Assembly (NCBI GenBank): GCA_947258545.1
Contig: CAMYJI010000003.1
Span: 37,231-101,230, forward strand
Direction of reading: 5' to 3'
DNA: 64,000 nucleotides
Source: an uncultured Ectothiorhodospiraceae bacterium
GTDB taxonomy: Bacteria; Pseudomonadota; Gammaproteobacteria; UBA9214
Part shown: positions 38,250 to 51,942 of the stretch, in pieces
How positions within the stretch are numbered: the stretch's first letter is position 1
Layout of the letters: every line of letters begins with the position of its first letter
Notes under the pieces: model-generated
The model's database searches: none
Told to the model about the DNA's origin: nothing
Seen by the model: only the letters and a program-made list of their open reading frames with translations
Position numbers and translations under genes: made by a program

Positions 38250-39194
38250 ATGCGTACTGCCCGCAAGCGACTCGGCCTGTTATTGCTGCTGTGCTGCCTG
38301 GCCCTGTCCCCTGCCACGGTGCGCCAGGCAGCTGCAGAAACACCGCCGCCGGTCTCCCGTCTCAACCAGCTTGCCATGGCCCTCGGCGATGCACCGGAAC
38401 CCATGCGGGCGGATTTTGCCGTGATTGCCATCGCGCAAATGGCCGAGGCCCACAGCGCCGAGGCGCAACGGGCCCGTCTGGAGGCACCGCAGCTGACAAC
38501 GGACCGCGACCCCACGCGCTGGGCCGGTGCCGTGGACGCCTATGCCGCGGAACTGCTGGCAACCGCCAACCGGATAACCCCGGAGACATCGCTGGTCATC
38601 AAGACCGGATCGGCAAACACCGTCTACCTGGTGATCGACGGAACACCGGTCATGGTGAACGGCCCGCTGGCCGCACAGCAAGCGGCCTTCGAACAGCAGA
38701 TCATCGAGCGCTTTTGCGGCCTATATCTCTGCGACGAACTGCTCGCCAGTTACCAGGCGCCGCTGCAGATGTCACGGCCCGATAAATCGGTAACACAGTG
38801 GAGCTTCAGCCAGCACGCGGGCCCGGTCTGCAGCACCGCTGACGGCCTGGAGTTCCAGTTTATGGACATGGAGAATCTTTCCGGCTACCGGGAGGCCTGT
38901 GCACGAATTGTGGCCGAGCTGGACACGCTCGTCAGGGGGATGACCCGCAGCCGCTCAAGTGGCACCCGGGTTGACTGGAACAACCTCGCCATCCATGTAT
39001 TGCAGGGAAGCGAGCACCACCAGGTCACACTGAATGCCGCCGGCGCGGTGATACTCGCCCCGCTGCCGGGACTGGCCGCGACGCCGCGACTGTTCACGCT
39101 GCTGCGCCCGTGGATCGCCGCCAGGGTGAGCGGTAACAGTTACCGGCTGGTGGTCATCAACGCCGATCGGCAACTGGCCCCGCTGCTGCAGTAG
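38250..39194 (+). CDS. Hypothetical exported protein
   Basis: Signal-like MRTARKRLGLLLLLCCLALSPA. No family recognised. An alternative start lies at 38211. Confidence 0.55.
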   Translation: MRTARKRLGLLLLLCCLALSPATVRQAAAETPPPVSRLNQLAMALGDAPEPMRADFAVIAIAQMAEAHSAEAQRARLEAPQLTTDRDPTRWAGAVDAYAAELLATANRITPETSLVIKTGSANTVYLVIDGTPVMVNGPLAAQQAAFEQQIIERFCGLYLCDELLASYQAPLQMSRPDKSVTQWSFSQHAGPVCSTADGLEFQFMDMENLSGYREACARIVAELDTLVRGMTRSRSSGTRVDWNNLAIHVLQGSEHHQVTLNAAGAVILAPLPGLAATPRLFTLLRPWIAARVSGNSYRLVVINADRQLAPLLQ

Positions 39195-39197
39195 GCC

Positions 39198-39602
39198 GGG
39201 TCAGGTGCGAAGCGCCGTAACCGACAACGGTAGTGCCGGATTACGCTGCCGCTAACCCGATCTACAAGTTTGCTCTACCCCTGATAATCGCACCGCAGGG
39301 CGGCGCTCCAACATGTCGTTCCGGCTACTGTAGGAGCGGTCTCCTGACCGCGATGGGGTTGGGTTGCATGTCGGGTCAGGCGCGAAACACGGTAACCCGA
39401 CAACGGCAGTGCCGGATTGCGCTGCCGCTAATCCGACCTGCGAGCTGATAATCGCGCCGCAGGGCGGCACTCCTACAGATCATTCCGGCTACTGTAGGAG
39501 CGGTCTCCTGACCGCGATGTGGGTTGGGTTGCAGGTCGGATCAGGTGCGAAGCACCGTAACCCGACAACGGCGGTGTCGGATTACGCTGCCGCTAATCCG
39601 GC
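39198..39602. repeat. Composite REP/BIME-like array (about 2.4 units of 165-175 bp)
   Basis: Units start at 39198, 39373 and 39538. Each has two palindromic modules: CGGATTA-N9-TAATCCG, and TGTAGGAGCGGTC-TCCT-GACCGCGAT. Confidence 0.88.
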
Positions 39603-40673
39603 CTAGAAATCGATTCCCAGCGGGTTGTGCGGGTCCACGCCCTCCATGAACGGCAGATTACGGTCCTGGTGGGTTAGCTGGTAGACCTGACCGATCCAGT
39701 TGCCCACGATACCCTCGGCGGTGTCGTGCCAGGTGTTGTCGAGACGCGCGGCAACCAGCGACTCCGGGAACTGCGGCGGCTCCACGCCCAGTTCCCTGGC
39801 TGTCTCCAGACGCTGGCGGTAATTGTCGAGAATGGCCTGCTCCCTGGGTTTGAGGTAGTTTTCCGGAAACGGCGGATAATTCACACTGTCACCGGCGGCG
39901 AAGCGCTGCACCTCGCGCTTGTACTCCTTGAGCAGGGAGACCGTGTCGTATTCCGGGTGCCCCTGGAAATAGACCACGCGCAGCCCGTCCGCGCTCACGA
40001 CCAGGTGCGCCCCGGCCGCCTCGCTCTCGGCCAGGACGTGCAGCCCGGCTGCTTCGAACTGCGCACGGCTGATCTCGTTGAAACGCGAATGGGGCACGTC
40101 GAACACTGTGTTGACATCATTCACCAGGGGATGGCGTGTGCGCTCAACCCGGTGCGGGAACACACCCCAGCGCTTGGCCGGCAGCGGCGTGCGCTTCTGG
40201 CCGTGGTGGAACTGCATTACGGCATGGGTGGCAAGACAGGAACACAGCACCGAGGTCACATTTTCCGTCGCCCACTCGACCACCTCCCGCAACGGATTCC
40301 AGAAGGGCTCCTGGGAGAGATCGGCATGCGTGACGTTGGCGCCGGTGATGATCAGCGCATCCAGCCCCTCCTCGCGGATCTTCTCGAACGGCTCGTAGTA
40401 GCGGTCGATGTGCGCCTGGGCCTGCTCGCCCCGCGGCAGTTCCTTCAGGGTAAAGGGGTGCATGTAGAACTGCGCAATCGGGTTGCTCTCCCCCACCAGC
40501 CGGTAGAATTGCCGTTCCGTGGCGGCGATGGCCGCATCCGGCATCATGTTCAGCAGCCCGACATGCAGCTCGCGGATGTACTGGTGCATGGCGCGGTCCG
40601 GGTCCAGGATCGTCTGGCCTTCCTCGCGCAGGCGCTGGAATGTCGGCAACTCGTTATGGGCAACAATCGGCAT
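39603..40673 (-). CDS. metA: Homoserine O-acyltransferase, MetA family
   Basis: The N-terminus MPIVAHNELPTFQRLREEG, the segments LHVGLLNMMPD and GLDALIITGANV, and the stretch LCSCLATHA are classic MetA. Confidence 0.92.
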   Translation of the reverse strand: MPIVAHNELPTFQRLREEGQTILDPDRAMHQYIRELHVGLLNMMPDAAIAATERQFYRLVGESNPIAQFYMHPFTLKELPRGEQAQAHIDRYYEPFEKIREEGLDALIITGANVTHADLSQEPFWNPLREVVEWATENVTSVLCSCLATHAVMQFHHGQKRTPLPAKRWGVFPHRVERTRHPLVNDVNTVFDVPHSRFNEISRAQFEAAGLHVLAESEAAGAHLVVSADGLRVVYFQGHPEYDTVSLLKEYKREVQRFAAGDSVNYPPFPENYLKPREQAILDNYRQRLETARELGVEPPQFPESLVAARLDNTWHDTAEGIVGNWIGQVYQLTHQDRNLPFMEGVDPHNPLGIDF

Positions 40674-40701
40674 GCAATTTCCCTCTACCGGTCAGTGAGG
40701 A

Positions 40702-41553
40702 CTAGCCACCCTTGCGGGCAATGGCCGTTTCCAGCAGCTCCAGAAAATCCTCTTCATCACGTACCGCTCCCACCTCGCGCGAGGTTACGGTATAGCCATG
40801 CGGTTCAGCAATGGCCTCGTAGCGCGGCACGCGCGAGTGGAACAGGCGCGGAAAGACCCAGCGGGTGAAGTCGTTCGGATCCATCTCCGCCGCGTATTCC
40901 AGCCCGTTGAGTTGCAGGAACTCCTGCAACTGTTCATCGAGGAAGGTCGGCCGGTAGTATAGAGGCTTGGGATCACTCTGCGCGCGCTCGATCAGGGCCT
41001 GCTCCTCCTCCTGTTCCGTCACTCGGATGTAGAGGATCAGGGTATGCCGGGCCAGCAGATCGATCACCGCCGGCTCCTCCAGTTCGCACAGGCTGCCCCC
41101 CACATCATTGACGAAATTCGCGTAGCCGTAGATCTCGTGTGCCTTGCGGATGAACCCGGGGACATCGTACATGGCATCGATCTCTGCCTGGCGGTACAGC
41201 GCCTGGCGCCGGGTGAATTCACCCAGCGGCACCCCGCCCAATTCGGGATTGCCGAGCTTGCCGACAAAACTCAGCACCGGCCCCAGGTCGGCCACCTTGA
41301 TGTTGTTGCGAATATAGATCCAGTCGCGCTGCAGCAGGTCGCGCAGAAACGGTACCTGCATGGCCTGCTGCTTGATCAGATCCAGAATCGGCTCATCCAG
41401 GTAGCGGGTCCCGATACGGTAATCTCCCGAGTAGTGGAACCAGTCGTGCTGGCGCAGCAACATGGACAAATAGGTCTTGCCAACCCCCGACATACCCAGC
41501 AGGGTGACGCTCTTGTTCTTCCAGGCGCGAAACTCGTCGACGCTGAACTTCAT
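40702..41553 (-). CDS. P-loop NTPase of unknown family, upstream of metA
   Basis: Walker A LLGMSGVGKT near the N-terminus. 283 aa, with 28 nt between its stop and the metA start. Confidence 0.7.
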   Translation of the reverse strand: MKFSVDEFRAWKNKSVTLLGMSGVGKTYLSMLLRQHDWFHYSGDYRIGTRYLDEPILDLIKQQAMQVPFLRDLLQRDWIYIRNNIKVADLGPVLSFVGKLGNPELGGVPLGEFTRRQALYRQAEIDAMYDVPGFIRKAHEIYGYANFVNDVGGSLCELEEPAVIDLLARHTLILYIRVTEQEEEQALIERAQSDPKPLYYRPTFLDEQLQEFLQLNGLEYAAEMDPNDFTRWVFPRLFHSRVPRYEAIAEPHGYTVTSREVGAVRDEEDFLELLETAIARKGG

Positions 41554-41770
41554 GGTGCAGGCTCTCTGGCAGATAAATAAACCGGAAGTTTAACCCGAAA
41601 GCCGCACCAGAATCGAAGAATCAGCGGCATGCAGACCGTACCGGAAACGGATTCAGCTCGGCTCGATATTAAATTTTTACTAAATCGTCAGCCAATCTTG
41701 TACCCTTTACTCTGAGCCCGTTGTATCGACGCCGGGCCATCGCATGTTACTGTGACAGGGGGCCAGAACC

Positions 41771-42373
41771 TTGAAATCGATAAGCAGGACCTTTTTGACC
41801 GGCCTGGTGACCATTCTGCCGGTCATCCTCACGCTCTACCTGCTCTACTGGCTGGTGATCTCGATGGAATCGGTACTGGGCAGCGCGATCCGCCAGGTAC
41901 TGCCGGAGGACATGTACCGGCCTGGCATGGGCGTGATCGCCGGCTTGGTCGTGGTGTTCCTGGTCGGTCTGCTAATGCACGCCTACATCGTGCGCTGGCT
42001 GTTCGCCAAGGGGGAAGCGCTGTTTTATCACCTGCCGCTGATCAACTCCGTCTACCGTGCCATGCGCGACTTCTTCGATTTCATATCCCCGTCCACGAAA
42101 AAGGAATTCAAGCAGGTAGTGGCGGTGACCATCGGCAGCGCAGACATGCAGATCATCGGTTTCGTCACCCAGGCGGTTCCGGAGCGCCTGCCGAAGAGCA
42201 TCCGCGCTGACGACAGCATCCTGGTCTACCTGCCGTTGAGCTACATGATCGGTGGTTATACGGTTCTGCTGCCGCGTAGCGCCGTCCGCTCCCTTGACAT
42301 GAGCATGGAGGAAGCCATGCGCTTCACCCTGACGGCCGGGGTCACCGGCACCCATTCTTCATCTGACAAATAA
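41771..42373 (+). CDS. DUF502 membrane protein
   Basis: The N-terminal segment FLTGLVTILPVILTLYLL, the PLINSVY motif, and the stretch VYLPLSYMIGGYTVLLP match the DUF502 pattern. TTG start. Confidence 0.82.
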   Translation: MKSISRTFLTGLVTILPVILTLYLLYWLVISMESVLGSAIRQVLPEDMYRPGMGVIAGLVVVFLVGLLMHAYIVRWLFAKGEALFYHLPLINSVYRAMRDFFDFISPSTKKEFKQVVAVTIGSADMQIIGFVTQAVPERLPKSIRADDSILVYLPLSYMIGGYTVLLPRSAVRSLDMSMEEAMRFTLTAGVTGTHSSSDK

Positions 42374-42378
42374 CCGCT

Positions 42379-42600
42379 ATGAAATGGCTGGACAGAATCC
42401 CTCTTGCCCTACTGCTGCCGCTGGCCTTGTTTCTGGCCCTGGCGCCATTCCTGCCGGAGCCGCACCTGTGGGAAAAGCTCAAGATGCTGGCTGACGGGAC
42501 CCTGTCCAGGCCCGTCGATATATTCGACCTATTCCTGCATGGCGCACCACTGGCGCTGCTGGTGCTCAAGCTGCTGACCAGCAATCACCTCAAGCACTGA
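42379..42600 (+). CDS. Hypothetical small membrane protein
   Basis: 73 aa with two hydrophobic spans. Lies 5 nt after the DUF502 stop. Confidence 0.5.
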   Translation: MKWLDRIPLALLLPLALFLALAPFLPEPHLWEKLKMLADGTLSRPVDIFDLFLHGAPLALLVLKLLTSNHLKH

Positions 42601-42694
42601 CCCGGGAACAGACCCTTCTTTGCCTCCAAAGGCCGCAGTTCGGGCCAAGCACAGCGTACCCGGGCTGGCTGCCGGTTACTCAGCCGTTGGCGCG

Positions 42695-43567
42695 CTATTC
42701 CGCCAGCAGCTGCAGGCGAATGTCTTCGAATTCCGCCAGTTTCTTTGCATCTACCTTTGGGTAGCTCAGTTCCAGGGACTCCAGCGTCCGGACCAGGATG
42801 TCTGCCACGCACAAGCGCATATAGGGCTTGTTGTCAGCGGGTATCGCATACCAGGGCGCCCAGGGACGCGAGGTCTCGGTCAGTGCCGTTTCGAAGGCCG
42901 TCATGTACTTGTCCCAGAAGGCCCTCTCCCGGATATCACCGGTCGAAAATTTCCAGTTCTTCTCCTTCTCCTCGAGTCGCGCCAGAAATCGCTGCCGCTG
43001 TTCCTCGCGCGACACGTTCAGCCAGAACTTGAGCACCACCGTCCCGTTGCGCGCCAGGTGCTCCTCATGCTGGCGGATGGAGGTGTAACGGTCTGCCCAG
43101 ATCGTCTCCAGATCAACATCCGCCGGCAATTTCTGGCTACCGAGGTACTGAGGGTGTACCCGCACCACCAGCACCTCCTCGTAGTAACTGCGGTTGAAAA
43201 TACCGATACGCCCACGCTCGGGAAGACAGCGGCTGGTACGCCAGAGAAAATCATGATCGAGTTCTTCAGGCGTCGGTTGCTTGAATGAAAACACCTGGCA
43301 ACCGGCGGGATTGATGCCATTGAGTATGGCCCGGATCGTACCGTCCTTGCCGGCCGCATCCATGCCCTGAAACATCAGCAGTATGGAGTGGCGGTCGTGC
43401 GCATAAAAGATGCGCTGCAGTTCATCGATCCGGCTGACCAGCCTTGACAACTGCCGTTTTCTCTCCTTCTTGCCAGGCTCGTCCTGCGCTGGCCGGGTGG
43501 GCGCGTCTGCCCATTTGAATTCGCCATTGAATGGCACCAGATACGGGCTCGCCGGGGCTTCGAACAT
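42695..43567 (-). CDS. ppk2: Single-domain PPK2 family polyphosphate:nucleotide phosphotransferase
   Basis: Walker A FQGMDAAGKDGTIR, the FLWR motif, and FNRSYYEEVLVVRVH. Confidence 0.88.
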   Translation of the reverse strand: MFEAPASPYLVPFNGEFKWADAPTRPAQDEPGKKERKRQLSRLVSRIDELQRIFYAHDRHSILLMFQGMDAAGKDGTIRAILNGINPAGCQVFSFKQPTPEELDHDFLWRTSRCLPERGRIGIFNRSYYEEVLVVRVHPQYLGSQKLPADVDLETIWADRYTSIRQHEEHLARNGTVVLKFWLNVSREEQRQRFLARLEEKEKNWKFSTGDIRERAFWDKYMTAFETALTETSRPWAPWYAIPADNKPYMRLCVADILVRTLESLELSYPKVDAKKLAEFEDIRLQLLAE

Positions 43568-43890
43568 AAGGATTCCTTTTCGTCTGAGTGCCCGGAAATA
43601 AAACAGCAGGCACGGCCTGGCACAAAATCATATCCCAATAGCAGCCGGCACGCATGGCGGGATCACAGGCATGCAGTGTTCATTGTATTGCGCATTCCCT
43701 TGAAGCGCTGCGTGATGCTGTTTAAGATGCAACGGTCGTGCATCAAGAAATGACTGACAGGTAGCCTGCCCCGGCCGCCCCGGATGATGACCCGGGCAAG
43801 ACCCCCTCCAGGACATTCACCGCCATGCACCCCGCAGGCTGCCGCCGCTTGTCACGAAGCCATTACCGGTAACCAGGAGAGACGCCTGAC

Positions 43891-45510
43891 ATGAAGCACG
43901 ATCTGACCCGTCCACCGGACCTGACCCGGGAAAAACGTATCGGACCGATGCGTATACAACGGCCCGGGTATGTGTCCCTGCTGCCGCCCTGCAATCAGGC
44001 CTGCCCGGCCGGCGAGAACATCCAGGCCTGGCTAGCACTGGTCCAGGAAAGACACTTCAAGGCAGCCTGGCAGAAACTGGTCGAGGATAACCCCATGCCC
44101 GCGGTGCACGGCCGGGTCTGCTATCACCCCTGCGAATCCGGCTGTAACCGCGGCCAGCTCGACAACCCGGTCAGCATTCATGCCGTGGAACGCTACCTCG
44201 GCGACCTCGCCATCGACAAGGGCTGGAAGATCGAGTGCGATACCGCACCCACCGGCAGGCGCATCCTCGTGGTGGGCGCCGGTCCCAGCGGCCTGTCGGC
44301 CGCCTACCACCTGACCCGCATGGGCCACAGCGTGGAGATCCACGAGGCCGGACCGATGGCGGGCGGCATGATGCATTTCGGCATCCCGGCCTACCGCATG
44401 CCCAGGGATATCCTGGATGCAGAGATCCGGCGCATCGAGGACATGGGCGTCAGGATCGTCCTCGATCACAAGGTCGAGGACGTGCTGGCGGAGAAGCAGC
44501 AGGGTAACTTCGATGCCGTATTCGTCGCCATCGGTGCCCACCTCAGCAAACACATCGATATACCGGCACGGGATGCCGCCAAAATGCTGTCCGCGGTCAA
44601 CTTCCTGGCCAGCGTCGAGACCGGCGAAGCACCCGTGCTGGGCCGACGCGTGGCGGTCTACGGTGGCGGTAACACGGCCATGGACGCGGCCAGGGTCGCC
44701 AAGCGCCTTGGCGCCGAAGAGGCCCTGATCATCTACCGCCGCAACCGTGAACAAATGCCGGCACACGAGTTCGAGGCGCAGGAGGCCCTCGAGGAAGGCG
44801 TCAAAATCAACTGGCTGCGTACCATCAAGGAAATTGACCAGACCACGCTCACGGTTGAGGTCATGGAGATCAGCGAGGATGGCCGCCCCCGGGGTACCGG
44901 TGAGCTGGAAACCCTGGAGGCGGACTCCCTGATCCTGGCCCTGGGCCAGAATACCGATGTCACCCTGCTCGAGAACATCCCGGATGTCGCGTTCCAGGGG
45001 GACACGGTGATTGTCGACGAGCATATGATGAGCGGCCATCCCGGGATCTTCGCCGGCGGCGACATGGTGCCCTCGGAACGTACCGTGACTATTGCAGTAG
45101 GCCACGGCAAGAAAGCGGCCCGCAATATCGATAGCTGGCTGCGCGGTGAGCACTACAGCAGCCCCCGCAAACACCCGCTGGCAAGCTTCGACAAGCTGCA
45201 CCTCTGGTATTTCACGGATGCCGACCAGCGTCCGCAGGACAGCCTGAACCTGGAGCGCCGCCAGAGCGGCTTCGAGGAAGTGGTGCACGGCCTGAAGAAG
45301 CGGGACGCAGTGTTCGAGGCGCAACGCTGCCTGTCGTGCGGCAATTGTTTCGAATGCGATGGCTGCTTCGGGGCCTGTCCGGAGCACGCCATTATCAAGC
45401 GCGGGAAAAACAGGGGTTACACAGTCGACCTGGAGATATGCACGGGCTGCGGTATCTGCTTCGAACAGTGTCCCTGCCATGCCATCGAAATGGTTCCCGA
45501 ATCCGCCTGA
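43891..45510 (+). CDS. GltD/PreT-like NAD(P)H flavoprotein with C-terminal 2x[4Fe-4S] ferredoxin domain
   Basis: N-terminal Cys clusters (CNQACPAGEN; CYHPCESGCNRG), two dinucleotide folds (VVGAGPSGLSAAY; VAVYGGGNTAMDAAR), and the C-terminal pair CLSCGNCFECDGCFGACP and CTGCGICFEQCPC. Confidence 0.88.
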   Translation: MKHDLTRPPDLTREKRIGPMRIQRPGYVSLLPPCNQACPAGENIQAWLALVQERHFKAAWQKLVEDNPMPAVHGRVCYHPCESGCNRGQLDNPVSIHAVERYLGDLAIDKGWKIECDTAPTGRRILVVGAGPSGLSAAYHLTRMGHSVEIHEAGPMAGGMMHFGIPAYRMPRDILDAEIRRIEDMGVRIVLDHKVEDVLAEKQQGNFDAVFVAIGAHLSKHIDIPARDAAKMLSAVNFLASVETGEAPVLGRRVAVYGGGNTAMDAARVAKRLGAEEALIIYRRNREQMPAHEFEAQEALEEGVKINWLRTIKEIDQTTLTVEVMEISEDGRPRGTGELETLEADSLILALGQNTDVTLLENIPDVAFQGDTVIVDEHMMSGHPGIFAGGDMVPSERTVTIAVGHGKKAARNIDSWLRGEHYSSPRKHPLASFDKLHLWYFTDADQRPQDSLNLERRQSGFEEVVHGLKKRDAVFEAQRCLSCGNCFECDGCFGACPEHAIIKRGKNRGYTVDLEICTGCGICFEQCPCHAIEMVPESA

Positions 45511-45571
45511 TCACCTAACTGGGCCATAAAAAGCTGGTCGACCCGGATTGCAACCGGCACCTGGAGCAAGC

Positions 45572-49177
<3,606 letters not shown>

Positions 49178-49204
49178 ACCATCGCTATCGCAGGAGAGTA
49201 TGCC

Positions 49205-50206
49205 ATGGACCTACGGACCACCTACATGGGGATGGAGCTCAAACACCCCATTGTCGCATCCGCCTCCCCGCTGTCGGAGAAGCTGGATAATATCAAGCGC
49301 ATGGAGGATGCCGGTGCCGCGGCAGTCGTGATGTTCTCGCTGTTCGAGGAACAGATCAAACACGAGAGTGCCGCCATCGAGCACCTGATTACATCCGGCG
49401 CCGAGAGCTATGCCGAATCGCTGAGTTATTTTCCGGATTTCGACGATTATGATACCGGGCCGGACGAATACCTCAATCTGCTACGCCAGGCCGCGGAGGC
49501 GGTCGACATCCCTGTCATCGGCAGTCTCAACGGCATCACCAACGAGGGCTGGGTAAATACAGCACGCATGATGCAGGACGCGGGTGCCCGCGCCATCGAG
49601 CTAAACACCTATAACATCCCCGCTCACCTCTATATGACAGGCCGCGAGGTCGAGCAACGCTACATCGAGGTGCTGAAGGCCGTCAAGGAATCGGTGACCA
49701 TCCCGGTCGCCCTCAAACTGAGCCCCTTCTTCAGCGCCATCGGCAACATGGCACGCCAGTTCGACGAGGCAGGCGCCGATGCCCTGGTGCTGTTCAACCG
49801 TTTCTACCAGCCGGATTTCGACCTGGACAGGATGGAGGTGGTCCCGGACCTCGAACTCAGCACGCCATCCGAGATTCGTCTTCCGCTACTCTGGATCGCC
49901 GTCCTCCACGGTCGCATCAATGCCTCGATCGCCGCCACCCGCGGCGTGGACAGCCCCGTGGAGGTCGTCAAGTACCTGATGGCCGGAGCCGACGTTGTCA
50001 TGACCACCTCGGGCGTGCTCAGGCATGGCATCGGCTTTCTCACCTCGCTGGTCGAGGGCCTGCAGGCCTGGATGGAGGAAAAGCAATACACCTCGGTGGG
50101 CCAGATGCGTGGTTCCATGAGCCAGGCCAATTGCCTCGATTCCAGCGCCTTCGAACGCGCCAACTACATCAAGATCCTGGAGAGCTACGCACCCGACTAC
50201 GAGTAA
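49205..50206 (+). CDS. Dihydroorotate dehydrogenase-like (PreA-like) TIM-barrel flavoprotein without Fe-S tail
   Basis: The segments MELKHPIVASASPLS, PVIGSLNG and IELNTYNIP, and the stretch LVLFNRFYQPD are class-1 DHOD-like. No Cys cluster at the C-terminus. Confidence 0.82.
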   Translation: MDLRTTYMGMELKHPIVASASPLSEKLDNIKRMEDAGAAAVVMFSLFEEQIKHESAAIEHLITSGAESYAESLSYFPDFDDYDTGPDEYLNLLRQAAEAVDIPVIGSLNGITNEGWVNTARMMQDAGARAIELNTYNIPAHLYMTGREVEQRYIEVLKAVKESVTIPVALKLSPFFSAIGNMARQFDEAGADALVLFNRFYQPDFDLDRMEVVPDLELSTPSEIRLPLLWIAVLHGRINASIAATRGVDSPVEVVKYLMAGADVVMTTSGVLRHGIGFLTSLVEGLQAWMEEKQYTSVGQMRGSMSQANCLDSSAFERANYIKILESYAPDYE

Positions 50207-50387
50207 GGGCACGGGATCCGGCCCCGCCGCTCCAGGCAGCACCAGTCGCACCTTCATGCCTGCCCTGCCGGCCACGGCCGGCATCCGGGGTGGCCGTACT
50301 GCAGGGACTGACGACGCCGGTGCCAGCGATTTTCATTATCGCCAGCTCCGCTATAATGAGGTGCAGTCACGGCGAGAGGCAGACATC

Positions 50388-51239
50388 ATGCGTTGGAGAA
50401 CGGGGCGCAGAAGTTCCAATATCGAGGATCGGCGCGGCCAGCGTGTCAGTGGCCCGCTCGCATTCAAGGGCGGGGTCGGGACCATCGCACTGGTGCTGGT
50501 GGCCAGCTACTTCCTCGGCATCAATCCGCTGGAGATACTGCAGATGCAGACCGGTAGCGGGCCGGCCGTCAGCCAGTCCGACTGGAAACCGACAGCAGCG
50601 GAACAGCAGGCGGCGGATTTTGTCTCCGTGGTGCTGGCCGATACCGAGGACACCTGGACCGCCATCTTTGAAAACAGCGGGCAGACCTACCAAAAGCCGA
50701 CCCTGGTCCTGTTCAGCGGGTCGGTAAGTTCCGCCTGCGGCATGGCCAGCTCCGCGATGGGACCGTTCTATTGCCCGGCCGACCAGAAGGTCTATATCGA
50801 CCTCGAATTCTTCGACGACCTCAAGCGCCGCCACGGTGCCCCCGGTGATTTCGCCCAGGCCTACGTCATCGCGCATGAGATCGGCCACCATGTTCAGAAC
50901 CTGCTGGGCATCAGCAAACAGGTCAGGTCCGCACAGCGCGGCCTGGGCAAGGCGCAGGCCAACACCCTCTCGGTCAAGCAGGAATTACAGGCCGACTGCT
51001 TTGCGGGGCTCTGGGGCAACCATGCCGAGCGTAGCCGCCAGGTGCTGGAACAGGGTGATATCGAGGAGGCCCTGGGAGCGGCCAGCGCCATCGGTGATGA
51101 CCGCCTGCAACGCGAAGCCCAGGGTCATGTGGTGCCGGAATCCTTCACCCATGGCACATCGAAACAACGGGTGGAGTGGTTCAAGCGCGGCATCCAGAGT
51201 GGTGACGTCAACAGCTGCAACACCTTCGAGACCACCTAG
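50388..51239 (+). CDS. ypfJ: YpfJ family neutral zinc metallopeptidase
   Basis: MRWRTGRRSSNIEDRRG parallels the E. coli YpfJ N-terminus. There is one TM segment and the zinc motif HEIGHH. GAGAGG lies upstream of the ATG. Confidence 0.88.
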   Translation: MRWRTGRRSSNIEDRRGQRVSGPLAFKGGVGTIALVLVASYFLGINPLEILQMQTGSGPAVSQSDWKPTAAEQQAADFVSVVLADTEDTWTAIFENSGQTYQKPTLVLFSGSVSSACGMASSAMGPFYCPADQKVYIDLEFFDDLKRRHGAPGDFAQAYVIAHEIGHHVQNLLGISKQVRSAQRGLGKAQANTLSVKQELQADCFAGLWGNHAERSRQVLEQGDIEEALGAASAIGDDRLQREAQGHVVPESFTHGTSKQRVEWFKRGIQSGDVNSCNTFETT

Positions 51240-51312
51240 GCTTCAGTCTACATCGAAGCTGAGATACCGCGATTCCGGTTGGTGTGGAAGTGGCCGGTCA
51301 CGCCTGCCTGCC

Positions 51313-51792
51313 TTATGATTTGGCCTGCCTGTTGAGGATATACTCGGCGTAGGCATCGCGCCCTTCATCAAAGGCGGTGATCATCACACCGATTTGATAG
51401 ACGTCCTCCCGTTCGGAACGGGAATAGACGGTCTGGCAACGGACCTTGACACCTGCCGGACGGACCGCGCTATCGGACAGGACAAACGCCAGCTGTAATG
51501 CCGTCGGCGTATGCTGGTCCAGACGCTCGAGGCCGGGCAGCAGGGCCTGGATCATCTGCAGGTCACCCTCCAGGCGCATGCCGGAAAGCGAGATGTTGGT
51601 AATCAGGACATCCACACCCTCACCGCTGGCAGTGAGCGCCCGGGCCGGCAAGTGGCTATCAAACCGGGGGTGCCTGCGCAGATCGACAAGCAGGGTCGAT
51701 TCAACCCGCCGACGATGCGGGGTGCTCAGCGGCTCCAGGGTAAAATCACTATATTTATCAAAGAGATCTGGATTTATGGCCACGGTATCCAT
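51313..51792 (-). CDS. PilZ domain protein
   Basis: RRHPRF (RxxxR) followed by the TNISLSGMRL (D/N-x-S-x-x-G) c-di-GMP-binding signature. Confidence 0.8.
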   Translation of the reverse strand: MDTVAINPDLFDKYSDFTLEPLSTPHRRRVESTLLVDLRRHPRFDSHLPARALTASGEGVDVLITNISLSGMRLEGDLQMIQALLPGLERLDQHTPTALQLAFVLSDSAVRPAGVKVRCQTVYSRSEREDVYQIGVMITAFDEGRDAYAEYILNRQAKS

Positions 51793-51942
51793 CCTTTTAT
51801 CGCTGTCCGATGACGAACCGCCCGGTGGCGATAAGCAGTTGATGTAACAACCGATATCTCGGCCATAATGGACCGGACTTTAACCGGCCCCGAACCCCGT
51901 CAGCGCCTCGGCAGGCCGGATGAAGACGTTCCGGGAGCAGGC

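Noticed and set aside
39198-39602. CRISPR array
   Set aside because: The whole ~170-nt unit repeats, including the parts that would have to be unique spacers. The unit length is wrong, and there are no cas genes. It is better explained as a REP/BIME-like array. The small track ORFs inside it (39233-39448, 39252-39470, 39364-39606) are artefacts of the repeats.
39726-40868. 380-aa plus-strand ORF
   Set aside because: It is antisense to metA and the P-loop gene, and is a shadow ORF.
41554-41770. SAM-responsive riboswitch upstream of the P-loop/metA operon
   Set aside because: By eye, the region shows no recognisable SAM-II (metA motif) or other SAM-class consensus and no convincing pseudoknot. 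An Rfam scan is needed for certainty.
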